Source: Myxococcales bacterium
GTDB lineage: Bacteria; Myxococcota_A; Polyangia; Haliangiales; SHYZ01
Direction: 5' to 3'
DNA length: 64,000 bases
NCBI GenBank assembly: GCA_009692535.1
Contig: SHYZ01000002.1
Coordinates: forward strand, 8,444-72,443
Of the stretch, positions 29,535-38,103 are shown one piece after another (positions within the stretch are counted from its first letter, which is position 1; every line of letters starts with the position of its first letter). The translations under genes were made by a program, and so were the position numbers. The notes under the pieces were generated by a model, which had not been told where the DNA came from, searched no databases, and saw only the letters and a list, made by a program, of their open reading frames with translations.

Positions 29535-31517
29535 TTACCGGATGAACCGCGCCGCCCAGCTCCGCACCACTTGGCCGTTCAGCACGTGCACCCGACGCAG
29601 CCTCGCGAGCGTGCGCGCGCTGAAGGTCGACAGTGGCAGGTGGACGATGTGGTGGCGCAGCCGTTTCGCCGTCGCGACCAGTTCGGGGCGCGGCGGCTTG
29701 GCAGCGACGTAGGCGACGAAGCGGTCCTTGGCGTGGAACAGCGCGGCGAGCAGCAGGCGCTCGGACGGGCGGCGCGCTTTCTCGAAGCGCAGGTCGTCCC
29801 AGATGTCGGGGATCGCGATCGGCGGGAAGAGGAACATGCAGCCGCCGTAGCGCGCGCGGCCGATGCCGGGCCCGACCAGATCCGCGAGCGGATCGGTGGC
29901 ATAGAAGGCGAGGGTCGACTCCTGCTGATGCTCCGCCATCCAGGTCATGCGCAGCGGGAAGCGGGTGCCGGCGTCGTCCTCCTCGAACACCAGCACGACG
30001 GCGCCGACCTTGCCCGGCACGCGCGGCTCGATCTTCACGTGGATCTTCCCGAGCGGCAGATCGCGCAGCGTCTCGCGGATCGCGAGGCCGTCCTTGAGCG
30101 AGCTCGAGAACTCCTCGGTGCGAACGCGATCGATGCCGGCCAGCGACAGCGTGCGATTCGAGACGTAGGCGCGCAGGTTCTCGATCAGGATGTCCTCGGG
30201 TGGCCAGCTGCACGAGGCATGCGGGTTCCACACCGATCTCCAGCGCTCGCGGTCGATCTTCGGGGGTTTGTCGTGGAGGCGCACCCGCTTCAACGTGCGC
30301 CAATCGCCAGGTGCGCGCGTGGTGATGCGCGCGACGGCGTCGCCGATGCGGGCGCGTTCGCCGGTCGCCTCGAACAGCAGGCCGGCGGCGGGGCCGTCGT
30401 AGGGCTCATCGGCGGGTGCTGCGGCAGGCGTCTTGCGCTCACCGCTCTCCGGCTCGAGTGAGTTCGGCGGATAGTGCGCGGCGACGTTCAGCAACGTGAG
30501 CGCGAAGTCGTTGCCGATGACGCCCTTCGCGGCGACGACCATCGAGTAGAGGTCGGGCGTGAGGCGATTGCGGCCGACCACGAGCTTGCGCAGGAAGTCG
30601 AACAGCGTGGCGAGCGCCGCCGGCGTTGGCTGCTCGAGCGAGTCGCCTTCCTCCTTGCGGTAGAGGTCGCGCGTCGCGAGGACCAGTTCTTTGATCGCGA
30701 GGATCTGGTCGTGACGGGCCAAGTCGATCGAATTGCGATGCTGCTCCCACGCCCATGTCACGAACGGGATCTCGCCCAGCACGTGGAAGAGCGACGCGGG
30801 GTGGACCGGCGCGAGGCCGACGTCGTCTGCTGCCGGACCGCAGCCCGAGTGCAGAGCTCCGCTGCCGTCGACGAGGTGCTGGCGGATGCGCTCCCAGTGC
30901 GCCATGCCACAGAGGAACAGCACGTCGCCGCGCTGCTCGTTCGCCTGTGCCAGGACTGCGAGTCGCGCGGCCATGTGCCGCTCGCGCAGATGATCCTCGG
31001 GAGTCGGCGGATGCTCGCGCTGGATCGTCGGCAGCGCGGCGAACCAGAATTCATCGACGCCGAGCGTCAGCAGCGCGTGCGGATCGGGCATGACGAAGCG
31101 CCGGCCGGCGAAATCCTCGACTTCGGCGTCGACGAAATGAACCGGCACGCGTTCGCCGCGCGCGATTCGCAACGCCTCGACGATCGCGTCGCACGGATCG
31201 ATCGGCACGTACCACGCGCGCAGTCCGGTCGCGGCCGAAACGTCATCGTCGTGGCCGCGCGCCTCGCGTTCGGGGCTCCACGGCGCGCCATCGAACTCGC
31301 TGCGCGTCCAGTCGCGGTAGACCGCCGCGTGCACCTTCGGCAGCAGATCGAGCCCCTTCAATATCGCCGCGCGCACGCTCGGCGGGAGCTCGACCGCGAG
31401 GGCGGCATGGCGCTTCGAGAGCATCCGCTCGCGCACCGCCACCGCGAACGCGACCCGCCCGTGGACGAGCGGGATCACCTCGACGTTCTTCCAGCGCAGT
31501 GGCGGGGGCAACGGCAT
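29535..31517 (-). CDS. TraB/GumN-like (possibly DUF5682-like) large protein
   Basis: N-terminal VEVIPLVHGRVAFAVAVRERML..ALAVELPPS and later RERHMAARLAVLAQ..VLFLCGMAHWERI resemble the two TraB/GumN His motifs. The gene starts 8 nt after the AAA+ gene's stop. Confidence 0.45.
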   Translation of the reverse strand: MPLPPPLRWKNVEVIPLVHGRVAFAVAVRERMLSKRHAALAVELPPSVRAAILKGLDLLPKVHAAVYRDWTRSEFDGAPWSPEREARGHDDDVSAATGLRAWYVPIDPCDAIVEALRIARGERVPVHFVDAEVEDFAGRRFVMPDPHALLTLGVDEFWFAALPTIQREHPPTPEDHLRERHMAARLAVLAQANEQRGDVLFLCGMAHWERIRQHLVDGSGALHSGCGPAADDVGLAPVHPASLFHVLGEIPFVTWAWEQHRNSIDLARHDQILAIKELVLATRDLYRKEEGDSLEQPTPAALATLFDFLRKLVVGRNRLTPDLYSMVVAAKGVIGNDFALTLLNVAAHYPPNSLEPESGERKTPAAAPADEPYDGPAAGLLFEATGERARIGDAVARITTRAPGDWRTLKRVRLHDKPPKIDRERWRSVWNPHASCSWPPEDILIENLRAYVSNRTLSLAGIDRVRTEEFSSSLKDGLAIRETLRDLPLGKIHVKIEPRVPGKVGAVVLVFEEDDAGTRFPLRMTWMAEHQQESTLAFYATDPLADLVGPGIGRARYGGCMFLFPPIAIPDIWDDLRFEKARRPSERLLLAALFHAKDRFVAYVAAKPPRPELVATAKRLRHHIVHLPLSTFSARTLARLRRVHVLNGQVVRSWAARFIR

Positions 31518-31525
31518 GACCGCGC

Positions 31526-32518
31526 TCAGCCGCGCTTGCCCTTCGGCGGGGGCTTGCCGCCATCCCCCGGCTTCCCCTCATCTTCCGCGTCGTCATCTTC
31601 CGCGTCGTCGTCATCGTCTTCTTCGTCGTCGAGGTCCTCGTCCGAGGTCATGAACTCGGAGAGATCCTTGACGTCCTTCGGGAAGAAGAGGCCAGCGGCG
31701 CGTTCCTCGAAGTTCTCGGCGTCGTCGCCGAGGACCTGCTTTACGGCCTGGTGGAACGCAGCGTCGATCGCGGTGCCGCGCGCGCTGTTCAGCTTGAGGG
31801 CGTAGCGCATGATGTTGATGCCGTCGCGCGTCGAGTAGTCGAGGTTGTGGCGGTGCGCCTCCTGCAGGAAGTTCGCGGTCAGGTCGAGCAGGTCGGCGGG
31901 CGCGAAGTCGACGTTGTACTGCAGGACCTGCCGCTCCTCGTCGCGATCGGGGAAGTCGACGAAGATCAGCGGCTGGATGCGCGAGACCATGTACTCGGGA
32001 ACCTCGTAGGTCGAGGCGTCGTCGTTCATCGTCACGCAGCAGCGGAAGTCCTCGTGCGCCGCGATCCGGACGCCGGCGACGATCGACTCGGCGTAGCGCC
32101 GGTGGTCGAGCAGTGGCGCCAGCGAGGCCCACGACTTCTCGGGCATCCGGTTGGCCTCGTCGAGGATCGCCACGCCGCCCTCGATCATCGCGCTCACCAG
32201 CGGCGAGGCGTGGTAGCTGATCTTCCCGGCGCCGGACAGCACCGGCGTGACCAGCAGATCCTCTGGCCGCGTGTCCGTCGTGCACTGATAGATGAAGGTC
32301 GGCTTGCCGAGCTTCTGCGCCGCCGCCTGCGCCAGCGTCGTCTTGCCCATCCCCGGCTTGCCGACCACGCGCGGCGTCAGCGGCAGGTCGCTCTTCGTCA
32401 CGCGCGTCCAGCAGGCGAGGATCTGCCCGAGCAGTTCCTCCTGGCCGATCCAGCGCACCGGCTGAGTGACCGGGTCTGCCAGAGTGAGGTTGATTTCGCC
32501 GAGGGTGTGGGTGCGCAT
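31526..32518 (-). CDS. MoxR/AAA_5-type AAA+ ATPase with poly-acidic C-terminal tail
   Basis: Walker A GKPGMGKTTLA and Walker B VAILDEANR. Motif LAPLLDHRRY..FRCCVTMN. Tail DEDLDDEEDDDDDAEDDDAEDEGKPGDGGKPPPKGKRG. Confidence 0.8.
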   Translation of the reverse strand: MRTHTLGEINLTLADPVTQPVRWIGQEELLGQILACWTRVTKSDLPLTPRVVGKPGMGKTTLAQAAAQKLGKPTFIYQCTTDTRPEDLLVTPVLSGAGKISYHASPLVSAMIEGGVAILDEANRMPEKSWASLAPLLDHRRYAESIVAGVRIAAHEDFRCCVTMNDDASTYEVPEYMVSRIQPLIFVDFPDRDEERQVLQYNVDFAPADLLDLTANFLQEAHRHNLDYSTRDGINIMRYALKLNSARGTAIDAAFHQAVKQVLGDDAENFEERAAGLFFPKDVKDLSEFMTSDEDLDDEEDDDDDAEDDDAEDEGKPGDGGKPPPKGKRG

Positions 32519-32674
32519 GGGGCGCGCGATGGTAGCGCCGCAGTTGGGGCGCGCGCGCCGCCGTCGGGAAGCGCGTTCCGTTCGCCGCCTCACCGGCCCA
32601 CCACGCTCCAGTCGAGCCGCGGACGGACGATCTAGTCCTGACCAACGAGCTTCCCCGCCGGTGCGGTCGGTGAA

Positions 32675-33145
32675 GTGGAGTCCAACACCGTGAGACGACA
32701 GCTACGGAACTCTCGCCGCCGCCAACGCGGCTTCACGATCATCGAGGCGATGGTCGCCTCGGCCGTCCTCTCCGTCGGCGTGGTCAGCCTGACCGGAGTC
32801 GCCGCCAACAGCGTGCGCCTCCATCAGGCCGGGCAGAGCAAGGCGACGGCGTTGCGTGGCCTCGAAGCTCAGGTAGCCACGGTCCAGAGCACCGCGTTCG
32901 CGGGGCTGCAGGCACTCGACGGGTCGACCTTCGACGCGGACACCTCGATCGTCGTGAGCACCGCCGCGCAGTACGGCGGAGAGACCTACACGGTCGACAC
33001 GCCCGCGACCGGCTCGATCAGCGTCACGGCGCCGACCGGCAATGCAGCCGAGCTACTCGAAGTCACGGTCGCGTTGACTTGGCAGGGCATGAACGGCGTG
33101 AACACGATGCAACGTCGCGTCCGTCGTTCGCGGCTGGGAGGCTGA
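32675..33145 (+). CDS. Prepilin-type N-terminal domain protein, small minor (pseudo)pilin (GspI/PilV-like), cassette 1
   Basis: Class III leader ...RRRQRG|FTIIEAMVASAVLSVGVVSL, with Gly-1, Phe+1 and Glu+5. GTG start at 32675 or 32690. Confidence 0.75.
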   Translation: MESNTVRRQLRNSRRRQRGFTIIEAMVASAVLSVGVVSLTGVAANSVRLHQAGQSKATALRGLEAQVATVQSTAFAGLQALDGSTFDADTSIVVSTAAQYGGETYTVDTPATGSISVTAPTGNAAELLEVTVALTWQGMNGVNTMQRRVRRSRLGG

Positions 33146-33148
33146 CCC

Positions 33149-33691
33149 ATGCGATCCCAACGCGGCATGACGTTGCTCGAGATCTCGATCTCGACGTCGA
33201 TCCTCGGGTTCCTGGTGTTCGCGGCGGCCACGGTGGCGAAGGTCGCGCTCGACGCGACGGGCGACGTTGTCGTTCTGGACGTGGCGGACGGCGTGGAGCG
33301 GCGCACCGACAGCCAGCTCGACGGTCTCCTGCTCTCCGCGAGCCAGGCCACGCTGCAGGGCATCCCCTCGAATCAGGGCAGCGTCGCCGAAACGATGCTC
33401 TCCGGCGTCGACTACCAGGACCTGCGATTCCGCCGGGTCGTCGGCTTCTTGGACGGCGCGCTGACCTACGAGCCGGCGAACGGCACGACGCCGATGCGCC
33501 TCTATCGCGCCGTCGATTCCTCCGGCACGGGTTCACTGGCCCTGGAGAACGGCGGACGCACGACGACGCTGGTCGCCGACGTCAGCGGCCTGACCTTCCT
33601 CCGCTCCGGCTCGAAGCTCACCGTCACGATCCAACACGGCCGCCACTCCGCGACCACCAACGTGCACGACCTCGTGTTGCGTGTGCCATGA
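33149..33691 (+). CDS. Prepilin-type N-terminal domain protein, mid-size minor (pseudo)pilin (GspJ/PilW-like), cassette 1
   Basis: ATG follows GGGAGG. Leader MRSQRG|MTLLEISISTSILGFLVFAAA with Glu+5. Confidence 0.75.
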   Translation: MRSQRGMTLLEISISTSILGFLVFAAATVAKVALDATGDVVVLDVADGVERRTDSQLDGLLLSASQATLQGIPSNQGSVAETMLSGVDYQDLRFRRVVGFLDGALTYEPANGTTPMRLYRAVDSSGTGSLALENGGRTTTLVADVSGLTFLRSGSKLTVTIQHGRHSATTNVHDLVLRVP

Positions 33692-34830
33692 AGGAACGAA
33701 TCATGCGATTCGCAGATTCTCCAGAACGCGGCAACGCGCTGCTGCTGGCGCTCGGGGCTACGACCAGCCTGATCGTCGCGGCCGGAACGCTGCTGGTCGC
33801 CGTGACTCACGAGCGCACGAGCTCCGAGCAGTCGGTGGTCAACTCGCAGGCGTGCGACGCTTCGGCCTCGGGTGCCGAGGATGGACTTGCGGCGCTGGCC
33901 AGCAACGCGAACTACACCGGCACCTTCCAGTTGACCTACGGCGGGCCGGTGGCCGACGTGACGGTCGTGGCATGGGCCAGCGACGGCGCCGACAACGACG
34001 GTGATGGCTCCGCCGACGAGGCGGATGAGGCGAACTACCTCTCGGTCACCTCGATCGGCCGCGTGAACGAGCAGCTCGACGGCAACGGAGCGCTGATCGA
34101 GCGCGCCTCGCGTCACGCCGACAGCACGACCCAGGTCGTCCTGCAGCGAACGCAGCTCAACCTGTCGGCGGACCAGGCGATCTACGTCGACGATGCCGCG
34201 TCGTCGTTCAAGTTCGCCGGCACCGCGTTCCTCATCAGCGGCAACGACACCAACCTCGACGGCAGCGCCGGGCCGAATGCGGCGAAGCCTGGCATCGGCA
34301 CGGTCGGCGACCCGGCGGGCATCAAGAGCCAGCTCAAGGCCAACCAGAAGCCGAAGGTGATCGGGCAGGGCGGCGCACCGAGCGTCGCCACCGTGCCCGA
34401 CATCGACCTGCCCGCCACGATGAGCTCGCTCAAGCCGATGGCGACGATCGTCTTCAACGGACCCGACGACACCTACAACGGCCAGCTCGGCGATTTCGTG
34501 AACCACGTACCGGTCATCACCCACGCCAAGGGCAACCTGCAGTTGAACGGCGGAACGAGCGGCTGCGGGATCCTGATCGTCGACGGCGATCTGACGATGA
34601 ACGGCAACTTCGATTACGCCGGCCTGATCTACTCGACAGGCGCGATCCGCTTCAACGGCGGCGGCGGCGGCAAGAACCTGCGCGGCGCGCTCTTCACGCT
34701 CGGTGCCGTGACCGGCGAGGACATCACGATCAACGGCTCGGTCGACATCCGCTACAGCTCGGAGGCGATCACGCTGATCAACACCCAGCTCTCGAGCGGC
34801 ATGGTGGTGGTGTCGTGGAAGCGCACCTGA
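33688..34830 (+). CDS. Large pseudopilin-like protein lacking Glu+5 (GspK/PilX-like position), Asp-rich Ca-loop motif and Gly-rich C-terminal region, cassette 1
   Basis: ATG 33688 overlaps the upstream stop (ATGA). N-terminus PERGNALLLALGATTSLIVAAGTLLVAV. Motifs DGADNDGDGSADEADE and GCGILIVDGDLTMNGNFDYAGLIYSTG. Confidence 0.65.
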   Translation: MKERIMRFADSPERGNALLLALGATTSLIVAAGTLLVAVTHERTSSEQSVVNSQACDASASGAEDGLAALASNANYTGTFQLTYGGPVADVTVVAWASDGADNDGDGSADEADEANYLSVTSIGRVNEQLDGNGALIERASRHADSTTQVVLQRTQLNLSADQAIYVDDAASSFKFAGTAFLISGNDTNLDGSAGPNAAKPGIGTVGDPAGIKSQLKANQKPKVIGQGGAPSVATVPDIDLPATMSSLKPMATIVFNGPDDTYNGQLGDFVNHVPVITHAKGNLQLNGGTSGCGILIVDGDLTMNGNFDYAGLIYSTGAIRFNGGGGGKNLRGALFTLGAVTGEDITINGSVDIRYSSEAITLINTQLSSGMVVVSWKRT

Positions 34831-34841
34831 GCTGCCGCCAC

Positions 34842-35705
34842 GTGCGGCGGCAAGGCATCGCGGGAGCGATGCTGGCTGGACTCGCCGGGTTTTGCGCCGT
34901 CGCCTCATCGGCGAGCGCGGAGGAGCCAGACGCGAAGCCGGAGGTTGCGCCACCGCCGCGGAAAGCGACGGCCGCGAAGGCGCCCCAGCTTGTCCGCGCT
35001 CGGGTCCTGCTCGATGGCGGCGAGGTCTGGGTCTGGCTGCTGGGTGCCGAGGAAGACGGGAAGCTCGCCCTCCTGCAGGACGACGGATTCATCGATTGGA
35101 TTGCCGCCGCACCCGAGCCGAAGTGGCTCGAGCGTGGCGATCAGCCGTTGGCGCAGGTTCCGCCGCTCCACTTCGCGGTCGGCCTTGCGCACGCCAGCGT
35201 CGCCGTGCGCGAGGTGTGCGAGGCGCTGCTCATCGCGCAGGGCCCGCTGGCGGCCGACGCGCTGGGCGTGCCGCTTCGGTCGGAGTCGGTCGAGGCCCGC
35301 CGCGGTGCGCTCGCGGTGCTGGCGGCGCAGCCGGCCAAGCAGTGGCGAGCGCGCATCAAGGAGCGACTGCGCGATGCCGATGTCGGCGTCCGACGGGCGG
35401 CGCTGACGGCCTACGCGGCGCAGAAGCCGGATGACCTGCGCGTCGCCTGCTTGGATTTGCTCCGCTTCGACGAATCGGCGCTGCTCCATCACGACGCGAT
35501 CAGCTTGCTCGGGCACCTCGGCGATCGCCGAGCCATCGACGTCATCGTCGCTCATCTCGACAGCTGCGACGACCGCAGCGAGCGGCTGGTCGCGTTCGAC
35601 GCCCTGCGCCGCATCACCGGGATGCGCTTCGGGCGCGATGCCGACGCGTGGCGAGCATGGTGGACCAACCACCGCGCCGAGGTCCTCGGCGAAGGCGCCG
35701 AGTGA
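34842..35705 (+). CDS. Secreted HEAT-repeat protein
   Basis: GTG 34842 gives the leader MRRQGIAGAMLAGLAGFCAVASSASA. HEAT/PBS-lyase-like repeats (DADVGVRRAALTAYA, LGDRRAIDVIVAHL, RLVAFDALRRI). C-terminal DADAWRAWW. Confidence 0.65.
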   Translation: MRRQGIAGAMLAGLAGFCAVASSASAEEPDAKPEVAPPPRKATAAKAPQLVRARVLLDGGEVWVWLLGAEEDGKLALLQDDGFIDWIAAAPEPKWLERGDQPLAQVPPLHFAVGLAHASVAVREVCEALLIAQGPLAADALGVPLRSESVEARRGALAVLAAQPAKQWRARIKERLRDADVGVRRAALTAYAAQKPDDLRVACLDLLRFDESALLHHDAISLLGHLGDRRAIDVIVAHLDSCDDRSERLVAFDALRRITGMRFGRDADAWRAWWTNHRAEVLGEGAE

Positions 35706-35879
35706 TCGCGTCGTCGCGAGCATCGCCGCGCGCGTTGCCTCCGTCGGCAGGAAAGCCGTTCCAACCGTCGTGATCACCAGGCGCGCCGACTTCATCGGCG
35801 CCATCGCCTACCGATGAGATCCGCTGTGAAGTCGCGGGCCGTCCGCGATGGCGATTGATGCCGCTGGAGCGAACGCAAC

Positions 35880-36353
35880 ATGAGGCGAACGATTGAGCTG
35901 CGGGATGGTGCGACGCGCCAATCGCGTGGCGAGCACGGTCTCACCCTGATCGAGACGCTCTGCGCGGCGGCAGTCCTCACGGTGGCGGTTCTCGGCCTGT
36001 CGCAAGTCGCGCTGACCACCCACGAACTGCAACAGAGCGGCGCGCAGAAGGCCGCTGCGACTCGCACGCTCCAGGACCAGATGGCGAGGGTGCAGTCGAC
36101 GGACTTCTCTGCCCTCCAGACGACCTTCGATGGCGCCGCCTTCGACGTCGTCCTCGAGGGTGCCACCACGGCGGCACTTCCGCCGCAGGACGGCGATGTC
36201 GATGGCCGCGCCGGCAGCATCGCCGTGACCGCGCCGACCGGCGCTCCCGCCGACCTGCTGCTGGTCGTCGTGCGGGTGGATTGGTCGGGCCACAATGGGC
36301 CGCAATCGATCACCCGCGCGCTGCGCGTTTCGCGCGTCGGGAGCGGATCGTGA
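35880..36353 (+). CDS. Prepilin-type N-terminal domain protein, small minor (pseudo)pilin, cassette 2 (paralogue of 32675-33145)
   Basis: Leader ...SRGEHG|LTLIETLCAAAVLTVAVLGL with Glu+5. Shared motif SI(S/A)VTAPTG.A..LL.V.V...W. Confidence 0.75.
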   Translation: MRRTIELRDGATRQSRGEHGLTLIETLCAAAVLTVAVLGLSQVALTTHELQQSGAQKAAATRTLQDQMARVQSTDFSALQTTFDGAAFDVVLEGATTAALPPQDGDVDGRAGSIAVTAPTGAPADLLLVVVRVDWSGHNGPQSITRALRVSRVGSGS

Positions 36354-36925
36354 CCGGCGAGCCTTGGCGAGCGGGTCGCCGCGGTGGCTTCACCCTGATC
36401 GAGGTCCTGATCTCGACGGTGCTGTTGTCGTTCCTGATCCTGCTGGCCGGCACCGTCACGCGTGGCTCGATGAGCTCGACTGCGCGCAGCGTCGCGCTCG
36501 ACACCGCCAACGGCCGGACGCAACGCGCCCTCGACCGCGCCCGCGCGCACCTCGCCTCGGCGAGCCTCGCCACGCTCGAGGCCGCGCTGCCGGGCGATCC
36601 CGCGCTGCTGCCGATGGCCGACGATGTCGCCTGCGACAACATCGCGTTCCGCCAGGTGGTCGGCTTCGCCGCGGGTGCGCCGCTGCTCGACCCCGATCCG
36701 GCGGAGCTGCCGATGCGGCTTTGGCTGCAGGCGGACAGCGGGAGTGGGAGCGGGGGCACGCTCTGGTTCGACGACGGCACGCAAGCGGCGCCGATCGCAG
36801 GCGAGGTCGTCAGTCTCGACATCACGAAATCGGGCCGGCGCCTGGCGATTGTGATCGGCTTCGCCCGTCCCGATGCCAAGCAGTTCGCGACCACTGGTCT
36901 CTCGGTGGCGCTGGTGGTGCCATGA
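36350..36925 (+). CDS. Prepilin-type N-terminal domain protein, mid-size minor (pseudo)pilin, cassette 2 (paralogue of 33149-33691)
   Basis: GTG 36350 overlaps the upstream stop (GTGA). Leader ...AGRRGG|FTLIEVLISTVLLSFLILLAG with Glu+5. Confidence 0.7.
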   Translation: MTGEPWRAGRRGGFTLIEVLISTVLLSFLILLAGTVTRGSMSSTARSVALDTANGRTQRALDRARAHLASASLATLEAALPGDPALLPMADDVACDNIAFRQVVGFAAGAPLLDPDPAELPMRLWLQADSGSGSGGTLWFDDGTQAAPIAGEVVSLDITKSGRRLAIVIGFARPDAKQFATTGLSVALVVP

Positions 36926-38088
36926 AGCGGAGGGAACTTCCGATGAAGCGACGATCGACGAATGGGCAGGGCTCCAACCGTGAATGCGGCAGCGCGATGC
37001 TGCTCGCGCTCGGAGCCGCGCTGCCGCTGATGGTGGCGGGAGGCACGATGCTGTTCGCGGTCGTTCGGGAACGGACAGTTGCCGAGCAGGTCGCGGCGGA
37101 AGTCGCCGCGGAAGATTCCGCCGCGTCCGGCGCTCACGACGCGATCGCGCTGCTGACCGGCGATCCGAGCTTCTCCGGGAGCTACGTGCTGAGCGTCGAC
37201 GGTCACGTCGCGGACATCACCGTGACTTCGTGGGCGCACGACGGCAGCGACAACGACGGCAACGGCCTGATCGACGACGCGGCCGAGGCCGATTGGTCGA
37301 CGGTCACCTCCGAAGGGCAGGTGAACGTCCGGTTCGACGCGCAAGGCAACTTGATCGAGGGTGCGACGCGCACGGCGCGGTCGACGGTGGAAGCGATCGC
37401 CTGGTTCGAACGCATCACGATTCCGGCGGCGCAGGCGTTCTACTGCCACGATCCCGAGGCGGACTGGGACTTCATCGGGACGGCGTTCCGGATCTCGGGG
37501 CACGACCTGAACCCCGACGGCTCGGCCGGCGGCGCGGCGTCGCTTCCTGGCATCGGCACGCCTGGCAGCACGGCCTCGATCACCAAGCAGCTCGCTTCCA
37601 ACCAGAAGGGGCGCGTGAACGGGCAGGGCAAATTCCCGAGCGTTCGCAAAGTCAGCGGAATCGACGTCGACACGCTGATCACCGACTTCTCTCCGTTCGC
37701 GGCAGTGACCTACGACGGACCCTTCGACGTGCTTGGCAACGTCAATCTCGGCGATCGCACGGCACTCCTGCCGCAGGTCACCTACGCGAAGGGTGATCTC
37801 AAGCTGAGCGGGACGACGACCGGTTGCGGCGTGCTGCTGGTCGAGGGGAATCTCGAAGTCACGGGCGCGCTCGACTTCGCCGGTCTCGTGGTTGTGGGCG
37901 GCAACACCTCGTTCCGAACTGGCAGCAACGTGCAGATCCTCTGGGGCGCGCTGGCGACTGTCGCGACCGTGTCCGGTGAAGACGTCGAGATCGGCGGCAA
38001 CGCGACGATCCAGTACAGCTCGAGCGTGCTGAGCACGGTGGGCTCGAACATGTCGGGCCTTCGGCTCAAGTCCTGGACGCAGCGCTGA
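36922..38088 (+). CDS. Large pseudopilin-like protein lacking Glu+5, cassette 2 (paralogue of 33688-34830)
   Basis: ATG 36922 overlaps the upstream stop (ATGA). N-terminus NRECGSAMLLALGAALPLMVAGGTMLFAV. Motifs DGSDNDGNGLIDDAAE and GCGVLLVEGNLEVTGALDFAGLVVVGG. Confidence 0.65.
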   Translation: MKRRELPMKRRSTNGQGSNRECGSAMLLALGAALPLMVAGGTMLFAVVRERTVAEQVAAEVAAEDSAASGAHDAIALLTGDPSFSGSYVLSVDGHVADITVTSWAHDGSDNDGNGLIDDAAEADWSTVTSEGQVNVRFDAQGNLIEGATRTARSTVEAIAWFERITIPAAQAFYCHDPEADWDFIGTAFRISGHDLNPDGSAGGAASLPGIGTPGSTASITKQLASNQKGRVNGQGKFPSVRKVSGIDVDTLITDFSPFAAVTYDGPFDVLGNVNLGDRTALLPQVTYAKGDLKLSGTTTGCGVLLVEGNLEVTGALDFAGLVVVGGNTSFRTGSNVQILWGALATVATVSGEDVEIGGNATIQYSSSVLSTVGSNMSGLRLKSWTQR

Positions 38089-38103
38089 GGCAGCTCAGCG
38101 CTG
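38080..38103. terminator. 10-bp stem / 4-nt loop hairpin shared by convergent genes, with both stop codons inside the stem
   Basis: CAGCGCTGAG-GCAG-CTCAGCGCTG contains TGA (38086-38088, plus gene) and TCA (38095-38097, minus-gene stop). No U-tract, so this is not a canonical intrinsic terminator. Confidence 0.3.

Noticed and set aside
32675-38088. The two pseudopilin cassettes as an assembly duplication artefact or recent segmental duplication
   Set aside because: The DNA and protein sequences are substantially diverged and differ in length. The intervening HEAT gene is unique. This is therefore an old paralogous duplication.
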